Shown piece after piece: positions 23,663-32,459 of a DNA stretch of 40,338 bases; position 1 is the stretch's first letter, and each line of letters opens with the position of its first letter. The position numbers were made by a program, and so were the translations under genes. The notes beneath the pieces were generated by a model. That model saw nothing but the letters and a program-made list of their open reading frames with translations. It made no database searches and was not told the DNA's origin. The stretch comes from an uncultured Solibacteraceae bacterium (GTDB lineage: Bacteria > Acidobacteriota > Terriglobia > Bryobacterales > Bryobacteraceae), in contig CAZPZE010000922.1 of assembly GCA_964590625.1 (NCBI GenBank), positions 1 to 40,338 on the forward strand, read 5' to 3'.

Positions 23663-26149
23663 ATGGCTGAGATAAACGGCGAAAAACGTCCGGTACGGGC
23701 GGGGCTGACCAGTGCGGCCGCCGAAGCGGCGTTCGCCGAATACGGACCCAATCTGCCGGTTGCGCAAAAGAATCATGCGGCCGTACTCACGTTTTTCGGC
23801 GCGCTGCTCAATCCGCTGGCGGTTATTCTTCTCGTCGCGGCGGGGATCGACGGTTTTCTCGGGCAGGTAACGGATGCGCGAATCATTGTTGCGGTAGTGC
23901 TGACCGGTGGGCTGATCAATTTTCTGCAGACCTTCCGCTCGCAGGCCGCGGTGGACCGGCTGCGCAGCCGTGTGCTGCCGACCGCGACCGTATTCCGCGA
24001 CGGAGCCTGGACGGAAGTACCGCAGCGGAACATCGTACCGGGCGATCTGATCTGGCTCTCGGCGGGAGATCTGGTGCCGGCCGATTCGATGCTGCTGGAA
24101 ACGAAGGATCTGCATCTGCAGCAATCCGCGCTGACCGGCGAGTCGTTTCCGGTGGAGAAGCGCGCCGCGGCCGGCGAGGAGCAACCGGTGAGCGAACCGG
24201 ATTCGCCCTATATGGTTTTTCTGGGGACGAATGTTGTGAGCGGGACGGCGCAGGCGCTGGTGGCCATGACGGGAACGCGAACCGTTTTCGGGAGCATCGC
24301 GGAACGTCTCGCGGTGCGGCCGCAGGAAACCGAATTCGAACGGGGCTTGCGGCGATTCGGCGGATTCATCATGCAGGCGGTCTTGTTTTTGCTTTCGCTG
24401 CTGCTGGTGATCAGCATCGCGCTGCGGCACGACGCATTTCAGTCGCTGTTGTTCGCTGTCGCGCTTTCTGTCGGGATGACGCCGGAGTTTCTGCCGATGA
24501 TCACATCCGTGACGCTGGCGAAGGGGGCGATGGAGATGGCGCGGCGGAAGGTGATCGTCAAGCACCTGGCGTCGATTCAGAATCTCGGCAGCATCGATGT
24601 TCTCTGCAGCGACAAGACAGGGACGCTGACGGCGGGCGAGATGAAGGTGGAGATGGCGATTCGTCCGGATGGATCGCCTTCGCCCGAGGTGCTGACGCTG
24701 GCCTGGCTGAACAGCCGGTTCGAGACCGGCATACGCAGCCCGCTCGATCACGCCATTCTGAAGATGGATTGCCGGCATCCGGAGACGATCCGCAAGCTGG
24801 ATGAGATTCCATTCGATTTCGAGAGACGCCGCGTGTCGGTCGTGATGGAAAACGGGGCGGAGCGAACTCTGATTTCCAAAGGCTCGCCCGAAGGGATTGT
24901 CTCGATCTGCAGCAGCTATGAAAGCGGCGGCGCGGCGGCTGAGCTGGATGAGCCGGCGCGGGCCGCCTGCCTGAAGCGATTTGAGGAGCTGAGCCGCAGC
25001 GGCTTCCGGATGCTCGCCGTGGCCTCGAAGCGAGTGGGGCCTGCGCAAGCCTACACGATTGCCGACGAGACCGGCCTTTGCCTCGCGGGTTTCATCGCAT
25101 TCTCCGATCCTCCGCTGGAGGATGCGGCTGAGATGCTGAGGTCTCTGCGCGCCGACGGTGTGGCGATGAAGATCATCACCGGCGATAACGAACTGGTTAC
25201 GCGGCACGTGTGCGACCGCGTCGGTATGAACGTGACGTCGATTGTGTGCGGAAGCGATATCGACATGATGACCGACCCGGCGCTCGAGCATGCGGCGGAA
25301 AACTCCGACGTCTTTGCGCGCGTATCGCCGATGCAGAAGAACAGGATCATTCTCGCGCTGAAGCGCCGGGGCCACGTAGTGGGCTACATGGGGGACGGGA
25401 TCAACGATGCTCCGTCACTGCGCGCGGCGGATGTGGGGATCTCGGTGGCGACGGCGGTGGATGTGGCGCGCGAGGCGGCGGACATGATCCTTGTGGAGCG
25501 GGGCCTCGAGGTGCTGCACGACGGGATTCTGGAAGGACGGAAGGCGTTCGGAAACGTGATGAAGTACATCCAGATGGGGACCAGTTCCAATCTGGGGAAC
25601 GTGATCAGCATGGCGGCGGCGTCGTTTTTCCTGCCGTTTTTGCCGATGCTGCCGACGCAGATTCTGCTGAACAACTTTCTCTACGACATTTCTCAGATCA
25701 CGATTCCGACTGACAAAGTGGACGAAGAGTATATTCGCTCGCCGCAACGCTGGGACATCGGCGCGATCCGAAGATTCGCGTTCACGATTGCGCCAATCAG
25801 CTCGCTGTACGATTTCGTGACGTTCTATGTGCTGCTGCGATTGTTTCATGCGCATGAAGCGCTGTTCCATACGGGATGGTTTGTGGAATCGCTGGCGACG
25901 CAGACACTGGTGCTGCTGGTGATTCGGACGCAAGCGAAGCCGTGGCGCAACTGGCCGAGCGCGCCACTGGCAGCCACGATTGCGGCGGCGGTTGCGGCTG
26001 CGCTGGTGTTGCCATTTTCGCCGTTCGCGGACGCACTCGGATTTACCGCGCTGCCGCCCGCATTCTTCCCGTTTCTGATTTTTGTGCTTGCGACTTATCT
26101 ACTACTGGTGGAAGTGATCAAGCGGCGGGTGATGGTCAGGACTGCTTAG
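23663..26149 (+). CDS. mgtA: Magnesium-translocating P-type ATPase
   Basis: 828 aa from the ATG at 23663 (MAEING). P-type motifs TGES, CSDKTGTLT, TGDN, GDGINDAP. MgtA-type blocks MTPEFLPMITSVTLAKG and NNFLYDISQITIPTDKVDEEYIRSPQRW. The ORF is open upstream to 23357, but the homology begins near 23663. Confidence 0.9.
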   Translation: MAEINGEKRPVRAGLTSAAAEAAFAEYGPNLPVAQKNHAAVLTFFGALLNPLAVILLVAAGIDGFLGQVTDARIIVAVVLTGGLINFLQTFRSQAAVDRLRSRVLPTATVFRDGAWTEVPQRNIVPGDLIWLSAGDLVPADSMLLETKDLHLQQSALTGESFPVEKRAAAGEEQPVSEPDSPYMVFLGTNVVSGTAQALVAMTGTRTVFGSIAERLAVRPQETEFERGLRRFGGFIMQAVLFLLSLLLVISIALRHDAFQSLLFAVALSVGMTPEFLPMITSVTLAKGAMEMARRKVIVKHLASIQNLGSIDVLCSDKTGTLTAGEMKVEMAIRPDGSPSPEVLTLAWLNSRFETGIRSPLDHAILKMDCRHPETIRKLDEIPFDFERRRVSVVMENGAERTLISKGSPEGIVSICSSYESGGAAAELDEPARAACLKRFEELSRSGFRMLAVASKRVGPAQAYTIADETGLCLAGFIAFSDPPLEDAAEMLRSLRADGVAMKIITGDNELVTRHVCDRVGMNVTSIVCGSDIDMMTDPALEHAAENSDVFARVSPMQKNRIILALKRRGHVVGYMGDGINDAPSLRAADVGISVATAVDVAREAADMILVERGLEVLHDGILEGRKAFGNVMKYIQMGTSSNLGNVISMAAASFFLPFLPMLPTQILLNNFLYDISQITIPTDKVDEEYIRSPQRWDIGAIRRFAFTIAPISSLYDFVTFYVLLRLFHAHEALFHTGWFVESLATQTLVLLVIRTQAKPWRNWPSAPLAATIAAAVAAALVLPFSPFADALGFTALPPAFFPFLIFVLATYLLLVEVIKRRVMVRTA

Positions 26150-26895
26150 ACCGGGAGAATTTGATTCTGGGTGAGCATAGCAAGCTCGCGCTCAGCCTGG
26201 CGGGGATGCGCGATCGCTTCATCGCGAGTGATCTGGCCGTCGCGGAAATAGATATTGCGCCCGCAGAAGGCCGCGATATCGGGCTCGTGCGTCACCATCA
26301 CGATCGTGATTCCCTGCTCGCGATTGAGACGCTGGAGGATCGCCATGATCTCGACGCTGGTGCGCGAATCGAGCGCGCCGGTGGGCTCGTCTGCAAGGAC
26401 GATCTGCGGATTGTTGACGAGCGCGCGGGCGATGGCGACGCGCTGCTGCTGGCCGCCGGAAAGCTGGTTCGGATGATGATCGGCGCGGTCCGCCAGTCCG
26501 ACGGCGGCGAGCGCCTTCAGGGCACGGGCGCGTGAATCCGGCACGGGCTGGTCGGCGTACAGGAGCGGCAGTTCCACGTTTTCAATCGCGCTGGTCCGCG
26601 CGAGCAGATTGAATTGCTGGAAGACAAAGCCGATGCTTCGATTGCGGATGGAGGCAAGCTGGTCGCGATCATAGCTTTCGATTTCGACGCCGTCAAGACG
26701 ATAAGTGCCGGAGGTTGCGCGGTCGAGGCAACCGAGAATGTTCATCAGCGTGGATTTGCCGGATCCGGACGGACCCATGACGGCGACGAACTCGCCGCGT
26801 TCGATCGTGAGAGAAACATCGCGCAGGGCGACGAGTGGAAGGCCGCCCAGTTCGAACACGCGGGTGAGGTGAGCGACTTCGATCAGGCTACTCAT
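26146..26895 (-). CDS. ABC transporter ATP-binding protein (MacB/LolD-type)
   Basis: Walker A GPSGSGKST, signature LSGGQQQRVAIARAL, Walker B ILADEPTGALD. It overlaps the upstream permease gene by 8 nt. Confidence 0.9.
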   Translation of the reverse strand: MSSLIEVAHLTRVFELGGLPLVALRDVSLTIERGEFVAVMGPSGSGKSTLMNILGCLDRATSGTYRLDGVEIESYDRDQLASIRNRSIGFVFQQFNLLARTSAIENVELPLLYADQPVPDSRARALKALAAVGLADRADHHPNQLSGGQQQRVAIARALVNNPQIVLADEPTGALDSRTSVEIMAILQRLNREQGITIVMVTHEPDIAAFCGRNIYFRDGQITRDEAIAHPRQAERELAMLTQNQILPV

Positions 26896-28126
26896 AGCGC
26901 AGGGCCTGAATCGGATCCAGGCTGGCGGCTTTGCGCGCCGGGTAGAACCCGAAGAATACGCCTACGAAGGCGGAAAACGCGAAGGCGAGTGCGATGGAGC
27001 CCGCGCTGACCACGGTGGCCCATCCCGCGAGCCACGAAATCAGAGTGCTTGCGGCGATTCCGAGCGCGATACCGACGAGGCCGCCGGCGAGCGAAAGCGT
27101 GACGGCTTCAATCAGAAACTGGCCGAGGATATCGCGGTTTTTCGCGCCGACCGCCTGGCGAAGTCCGATCTCTTTCGTCCTCTCGGTCACCGAGACGAGC
27201 ATGATGTTCATGATCCCGATACCGCCGACGATCAACGATACGGACGCGACGGCGGCGAGCAGGAGCGACATCACCTGAGCGGAGGATTCCTGGGCTTTGA
27301 AGACGTCCTCCATGTTGCGCACGGTGAAATCGTCGTCTTCGTTGCCCTGGAGGCGATGCCGCTGTCGCAGGAGGCGGCTGATCTCATCCTGCACTTCCGC
27401 CGTGCGGCCTTCCCGCCCCTGCACCATGATCTGCCCGACCGCGGAAAGATTCGCCTGGCTGGCGCCGAGAACCTTCTTCTTCGCGGTGGTGACAGGGATG
27501 ACGATGACGTCATCCTGATCCTGCCCCATGGGAGATTGTCCCTTCGCCTGCAGGACGCCCACCACGGTAAACGGAACGTTTTTGATCCGGATGATTTTGC
27601 CAACCGGGTCTTCGCCGCCAAAGAGATTATCCATGACGGTCTTGCCGAGGAGCGCGACGCGGGCGGCGCTATCGACGTCGGCTGTGGTGAACGACTGGCC
27701 TTCCCTGATTCCGATGTCGCGAATGGGGAGGTAGTCGGGAGTCGACCCGAGAATCTGAGTGGCCCAATTACTGCTTCCGTAGACAACCTGAGCGCCGCCG
27801 CGCACCACGGGCGCCGCGAACGCGACGGCTTCGCACTCGCGCGAGATCGCCTTCGCATCGTCCATAGTCAGGGTCTGCGCGTTCCCGGAGCCGAGACGTA
27901 TCCCGGAACTCGTCACGCTGCCGGAAAGCACGATGACCACGTTGCTGCCGATGGAAGCAATCTGCTCGCGAATACGGATCTGTGCGCCGGATCCGACCGC
28001 AACCATCGCGATCACCGCGGCCACGCCGATCACGATGCCGAGAATGGTGAGGGCAGAGCGCATCCGGTTGATGCGGAGCGCGCGGAAGGCGATCCGAATA
28101 CTGGCGGCGATTTTGCGCTTGTTCAT
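26888..28126 (-). CDS. ABC transporter permease, MacB-periplasmic-domain/FtsX family
   Basis: 412 aa. N-terminal TM helix, then a large periplasmic domain, then three C-terminal TM helices ending FYPARKAASLDPIQALRYE. Confidence 0.9.
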   Translation of the reverse strand: MNKRKIAASIRIAFRALRINRMRSALTILGIVIGVAAVIAMVAVGSGAQIRIREQIASIGSNVVIVLSGSVTSSGIRLGSGNAQTLTMDDAKAISRECEAVAFAAPVVRGGAQVVYGSSNWATQILGSTPDYLPIRDIGIREGQSFTTADVDSAARVALLGKTVMDNLFGGEDPVGKIIRIKNVPFTVVGVLQAKGQSPMGQDQDDVIVIPVTTAKKKVLGASQANLSAVGQIMVQGREGRTAEVQDEISRLLRQRHRLQGNEDDDFTVRNMEDVFKAQESSAQVMSLLLAAVASVSLIVGGIGIMNIMLVSVTERTKEIGLRQAVGAKNRDILGQFLIEAVTLSLAGGLVGIALGIAASTLISWLAGWATVVSAGSIALAFAFSAFVGVFFGFYPARKAASLDPIQALRYE

Positions 28127-28133
28127 GTGAGCC

Positions 28134-29630
28134 TCAGAAGCCCATCCGGCCTCCGCGTCCCGGAGCCGGCGCCGGTGTGCTGGCCTTTTTCTGCGCGGCG
28201 GCGGAAGTATCTCCTGTGATGACGTGGTCGCCTTCTTTCAGACCGCTGAGGACCTCGACGAAGTTGGCGTCGGAGATGCCGGTGGTGATGCGGACGGGCA
28301 GCGGGTTGCCGTCTGCGCCGCGCACGTATACGGTCGGGCGGCCATTGCGCGGCGCACCGCCGGGCTTCGTCTCGGCCGCCGGTGGACGATACCGCAGCGC
28401 GGCCTTCGGAAGACGCAAAGCTCCTTCGGCTCGCGCCACGGAGACCGTGACATTGGCCGTCATTCCCGGAAACAGAGCGAGGTCTTCATTGGAAACCTGA
28501 ACCACGACGTCATACGTGATCACGTTCTGCACGTTGATCGGAGCCTGGCGAATCTGTTGGACAACGCCGTGAAAGACACGGCTGGGCCAGGCGTCCACCG
28601 TGAAGGTTGCTTTCTGCCCCACGCGGATGCGGCCGATATCCGCCTCATCAACGTTGGTGTCCACCTGCATTTTGGTGAGGTCCTGCGCGATCAGGAAGAT
28701 AGTTGGCGCCTGGAAAGAGGCGGCGACGGTCTGGCCGACATCCATGTTGCGCGATTCCACAGTTCCATCGACAGGCGCCAGAATTTTCGTGTGGCTGAGG
28801 TTGAGCCGGGCCTGCGCCAGAACCGCTTCATCCTGGCGAACGAGGGCTTTTGTCTGTTCCAGCTGTCTCCGGGTCACGCTGACCTGATCCTGCGCGGACT
28901 TGTGGCTCGCCTCGGCCGCGGCAACGGCAGCTTTGGCCGCATCCACCGATGCGAGAGCCTGATCGTACGCCGCCTTCGAGGTGTCGGCATCTTCCACGGA
29001 AGTACTGCCGTTTCTCACCATCATCTGGCGGCGGTCATTGGCGATCTTCGCGAAGTCCGCGGCGCTCTGCGCTTTGACCAGATTCGCCTGCTGGCTCGCG
29101 ACCTGAGCGGCGGCGGCGGCGAGATCCGACTGCGATTTCGACAACGTCGCCTCGGCGGTTGCGACGGCCGAGTTTGCTGCCGCCAGCGCCGCGGAAGCCT
29201 GATCGACGGCGGCCTGGAAGGGTGCGGGATCGATTTCCGCCACTAGCTGACCCTTTTTCACCTTGGTGTTGAAATCCGCGTGAAGCGCGATGATGTTGCC
29301 GGAAACCTGACTGCCGACCTGCACGGTGATGACGGCGTTGAGATTCCCGCTGGTCATCACGGTCGATTCGATGGTGCCGCGGTCCACGACGGCGAACGTG
29401 TACGAACTCTTTGGGCCGCCGCGATTCAACAGGATCACGACGATTGCGGCGGCGATGAGACAGCCCGCGATCCACCAGACGAGCCGCCGAATCCGGCGAA
29501 ATCTCCGTTTGGGGGGTACGACGGCAATCGCTTCCGGCGGAGCGGGTTTCGTCAGCGGAACGCTCTCGAGGGACTTCAGATCCGTGGTCACGTTCGAAAT
29601 CTCCTGCCCGGTCATGTGCAGTTGAGGCAC
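28134..29630 (-). CDS. Efflux periplasmic adaptor (HlyD/MacA family membrane fusion protein)
   Basis: A TM anchor, then a long Ala/Gln-rich coiled coil, then beta-barrel motifs ILAPVDGTV and VITYDVVV. The start is either the GTG at 29630 or the ATG at 29615. Confidence 0.85.
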   Translation of the reverse strand: MPQLHMTGQEISNVTTDLKSLESVPLTKPAPPEAIAVVPPKRRFRRIRRLVWWIAGCLIAAAIVVILLNRGGPKSSYTFAVVDRGTIESTVMTSGNLNAVITVQVGSQVSGNIIALHADFNTKVKKGQLVAEIDPAPFQAAVDQASAALAAANSAVATAEATLSKSQSDLAAAAAQVASQQANLVKAQSAADFAKIANDRRQMMVRNGSTSVEDADTSKAAYDQALASVDAAKAAVAAAEASHKSAQDQVSVTRRQLEQTKALVRQDEAVLAQARLNLSHTKILAPVDGTVESRNMDVGQTVAASFQAPTIFLIAQDLTKMQVDTNVDEADIGRIRVGQKATFTVDAWPSRVFHGVVQQIRQAPINVQNVITYDVVVQVSNEDLALFPGMTANVTVSVARAEGALRLPKAALRYRPPAAETKPGGAPRNGRPTVYVRGADGNPLPVRITTGISDANFVEVLSGLKEGDHVITGDTSAAAQKKASTPAPAPGRGGRMGF

Positions 29631-29679
29631 CGCCTCGGAATCTTCCGAGCGTCCCGCGCGTCAACGAGTTGTCCCGCGA

Positions 29680-29699
29680 GCTGCGCGATTCGCTGCGCG
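29680..29699 (+). promoter_or_regulatory. Tandem GCTGCGCG motif upstream of the sigma54 activator gene (candidate enhancer site)
   Basis: GCTGCGCGATTCGCTGCGCG. The first 10 nt, GCTGCGCGAT, are identical to the core of the conserved elements at 20648 and 37974. It lies about 32-50 nt upstream of the -24 element at 29731. Confidence 0.4.
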
Positions 29700-29730
29700 T
29701 TTTGACGCAGGCAGGTGCGGGTTTACGGTG

Positions 29731-29746
29731 CGGCACGCGACTTGCA
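29731..29746 (+). promoter_or_regulatory. Near-consensus sigma54 (-24/-12) promoter upstream of the response regulator gene
   Basis: CGGCACGCGACTTGCA compared with consensus TGGCAC-N5-TTGCA: one mismatch at the first T, with correct GG-N10-GC spacing. The -12 C at 29745 is 16 nt before the ATG at 29762. Confidence 0.55.
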
Positions 29747-29761
29747 CAGCAAAGGATCACT

Positions 29762-31168
29762 ATGCCGGAAGCTAATCATTCCGATATCACGATCGTCATC
29801 ATTGACGACAACGCGGCGAGCCTCGATCTGCTCTCATCGGCGCTCGAATCCGAAGCGATCCGGATTCTGACTGCACAGGATCCGAAAGAGGGGCTGGAAA
29901 CTGTTTTTCGGGAGCATCCGCAGATTGTATTAACCGATCTGGTGATGCCGGAGCTGAGCGGACTCGATGTACTGGACCGGATTGTGGAATTCGATCCCTC
30001 CATCGATGTGATTCTGATGACGGCCCATTATTCCAGCGAGTCAGCTGTGGAAGCGATCCGCAAGGGCGCCTCGGACTATCTGAACAAGCCGGTTTCGGTT
30101 GCGCTGCTGCGCGAACGAATCGCCAGGCTCATCGAAGACACGCGACGGCGCGAGCGGGTCAGTTCGATTGACGACAGCGAGTTGCAGGACGCCACATTCG
30201 AAGGAATGGTGGGGCGAAGTCCGGCGATGTGGGAGCTGTTTTCGCGGATTCGTCGCGTCGCACCGCATTACCGGACGGCGCTGATTACGGGCCAGACCGG
30301 GACGGGTAAGGAACTGGCAGCGCGGGCGCTGCATCGGCTGAGCCCGGTGAGCCGCGGGAACTTCGTGGTTCTGAACTGTTCCGCGGTGGTGGAAACCCTG
30401 TTCGAGAGCGAGCTCTTCGGACACGTGCGGGGCTCGTTTACCGGCGCAACCAGCGACAAAATGGGGCTTTTTGAGCATGCGGACAAGGGTACGATCTTCC
30501 TCGACGAGATCGGCGACATGCCGCTCGGCACGCAGGCAAAGCTGCTCCGAGTCCTGCAGAATCAGGAAGTGCTGCGGGTGGGTTCGCTGACACCGCGCCG
30601 GATCGACGTGCGCGTGATTGCCGCGACGCACCGGGATCTTCGGGCCGCCATTGTCGCCAAACAGTTCCGCGAAGATCTTTACTACCGGCTCTCGATGGTC
30701 GAGCTCCACACGCCTTCGCTTGCGGAACGCAAAGAAGATATTCCGCTTCTCACGCGCCACATGGTGGAGAAGTATTCGCATCAGTTCCAGAAGGACGTCC
30801 GCGGCCTGACACAGCGGGCGCAGATCCTGCTTGCGCGGCATGGCTGGCCCGGGAATGTGCGTGAGCTCGAGAACGTCATCGGGCACGGCTGCATGATGGC
30901 GATTGCCGATACGATCGATGTCCGCGATCTGCCGGAATACCTGCGGTTGCCGGCAGGCGCCGCGGCGTCGCAGCCCAGTGCGAGCGTCGTCATGGACGGC
31001 GGCAGTCTCGAAGAGAGTGAGAAGCGCATCATCCAGGAGGCGCTGCAGGCGGCCGGCGGAAATCAATCCGAAGCCGCCCGCCAGCTCCGAATCGGGCGCG
31101 ACGCGCTTCGTTACAAGATCAAGAAACACCACCTGGACCAACTGGCGGCAGCGAGGGCGACTGGGTGA
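29762..31168 (+). CDS. Sigma54-dependent response regulator (NtrC-family enhancer-binding protein)
   Basis: Receiver domain with DD, LTDLVMP (phospho-Asp), MTAH and LNKP. AAA+ domain with GQTGTGKE, the GSFTGA sigma54-contact loop and a DEIGDM Walker B. C-terminal Fis-type HTH GGNQSEAARQLRIGRDALRYKIKKH. Confidence 0.9.
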   Translation: MPEANHSDITIVIIDDNAASLDLLSSALESEAIRILTAQDPKEGLETVFREHPQIVLTDLVMPELSGLDVLDRIVEFDPSIDVILMTAHYSSESAVEAIRKGASDYLNKPVSVALLRERIARLIEDTRRRERVSSIDDSELQDATFEGMVGRSPAMWELFSRIRRVAPHYRTALITGQTGTGKELAARALHRLSPVSRGNFVVLNCSAVVETLFESELFGHVRGSFTGATSDKMGLFEHADKGTIFLDEIGDMPLGTQAKLLRVLQNQEVLRVGSLTPRRIDVRVIAATHRDLRAAIVAKQFREDLYYRLSMVELHTPSLAERKEDIPLLTRHMVEKYSHQFQKDVRGLTQRAQILLARHGWPGNVRELENVIGHGCMMAIADTIDVRDLPEYLRLPAGAAASQPSASVVMDGGSLEESEKRIIQEALQAAGGNQSEAARQLRIGRDALRYKIKKHHLDQLAAARATG

Positions 31169-31241
31169 TTTTACCAATTAAGGAGAGCATAGTGAGCCAT
31201 TTGGCGCAGCTGACGCAGCTCAGCAGCCGGGAGTGCGTCTC

Positions 31242-32459
31242 ATGACGGCGAGACCCAGACTGGAAGTCATTACCCAGGCGGAGGAGGCGAGCGAGGAGGA
31301 GGCTTCACGGCGTTTTCAGGAAATTCTCGAGGCGGCGCCGGATTCCATTGTCCAGGTGGATGAGACGGGCCGGATTCTGGTGATGAATCGGGCGACGGAA
31401 GCCATGTTCGGGTATACGCGCGACGAGCTTCCGGGTCGATCGATCGAGGTCCTGGTTCCAGCCGCATCGAGCGGCGGGCAGCGGGCGGCGCATGGGAAAA
31501 ACCTGAGGCGCCCGATGGGCCGCGCGATGACCCTGGGAGCGATACGCAAAGACGGCAGGGAATTCCCGGTGGAGATCCGCTTCAGCCCCGTGGAATCCGG
31601 TGGAGAAGGGCGGCACATGGCGGTTATACGCGACCTCACGGAGCGGCGGCGGATCGAATGTGAGATACGCACGCTCGAGATGCGCTTCGGGCGGCAACGG
31701 AGGGACACAGAGGCCGAGATCTCGAGGCGGAACCAGGAAGTGCTGGAGGCAGAGCGGCTGAAAAGCCACTTCCTCGAGAACATGAACCGCGGGCTGCGGA
31801 CGCCGCTCAACACGGTCATCGGATATTCGCAATTGCTGCTGGAGGAGATTGACGGACCACTCAACGAAGAGCAGCGGCGGTTCCTCGACCACATCCAGCG
31901 TGATTCTCAACAGCTGCTCGAACTGATCAACAATATTCTCGATCTGAGCAGGATCGAATCGGGACTGCTCGAACTGCGGCCGGAGACGTTTCGGGCACGC
32001 GCGGAACTGCGAGGCATTCTCGAAATCGTGCGGAATGCGGCCAGCGCGAAATCGATCGAACTGCGGCTGAAAGGCGGCGAGGATTTTGTCCTGCGCGCGG
32101 ACGTGCGGCGCTTTCGCGAAATCCTGCTGAACCTCCTGAGCAACGCGCTGAGATACACACCGGGAGGAGGCGCGGTGATCGTATCGATCTCCACCGCGGA
32201 GGAGGCGGGATACTGTTGTCTCGCCGTGCAGGATACGGGGATTGGGATCGCTCCTGAGCACAAAGACGCGATATTCGACATTTTCTACCAGGTCGAGTTG
32301 GCAACAAAGGGAGCGCGTGACGTGACCGGGCTCGGCCTGGCCATCACAAAACATCTCATCGAGATGCACGGCGGGAAAATCTGGGTGGATAGCGAACCCG
32401 GCCGGGGAAGCCGGTTCAGCTTCACGATGCCGATCAATTCACACAACGGCCGCGGCTAA
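31242..32459 (+). CDS. Cytoplasmic PAS-domain histidine-kinase-like protein with a non-canonical H-box
   Basis: PAS domain ([34 protein letters not shown]). The DHp helix reads [17 protein letters not shown], where canonical kinases read xxxFLANMSHELRTPLN. The HATPase_c domain is intact: N box [14 protein letters not shown]1 VQDTGIGI, G2 GLGLAITK. No TM segments. Confidence 0.85.
   Translation: MTARPRLEVITQAEEASEEEASRRFQEILEAAPDSIVQVDETGRILVMNRATEAMFGYTRDELPGRSIEVLVPAASSGGQRAAHGKNLRRPMGRAMTLGAIRKDGREFPVEIRFSPVESGGEGRHMAVIRDLTERRRIECEIRTLEMRFGRQRRDTEAEISRRNQEVLEAERLKSHFLENMNRGLRTPLNTVIGYSQLLLEEIDGPLNEEQRRFLDHIQRDSQQLLELINNILDLSRIESGLLELRPETFRARAELRGILEIVRNAASAKSIELRLKGGEDFVLRADVRRFREILLNLLSNALRYTPGGGAVIVSISTAEEAGYCCLAVQDTGIGIAPEHKDAIFDIFYQVELATKGARDVTGLGLAITKHLIEMHGGKIWVDSEPGRGSRFSFTMPINSHNGRG

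Noticed and set aside
29617-29634. GG-N10-GC match (minus strand GGTGCCTCAACTGCAC) at the macA-like gene start
   Set aside because: The -12 element would sit 2 nt from the ATG at 29615 and inside the alternative GTG-initiated reading frame. That geometry is incompatible with a functional promoter, so it is probably chance in GC-rich DNA.
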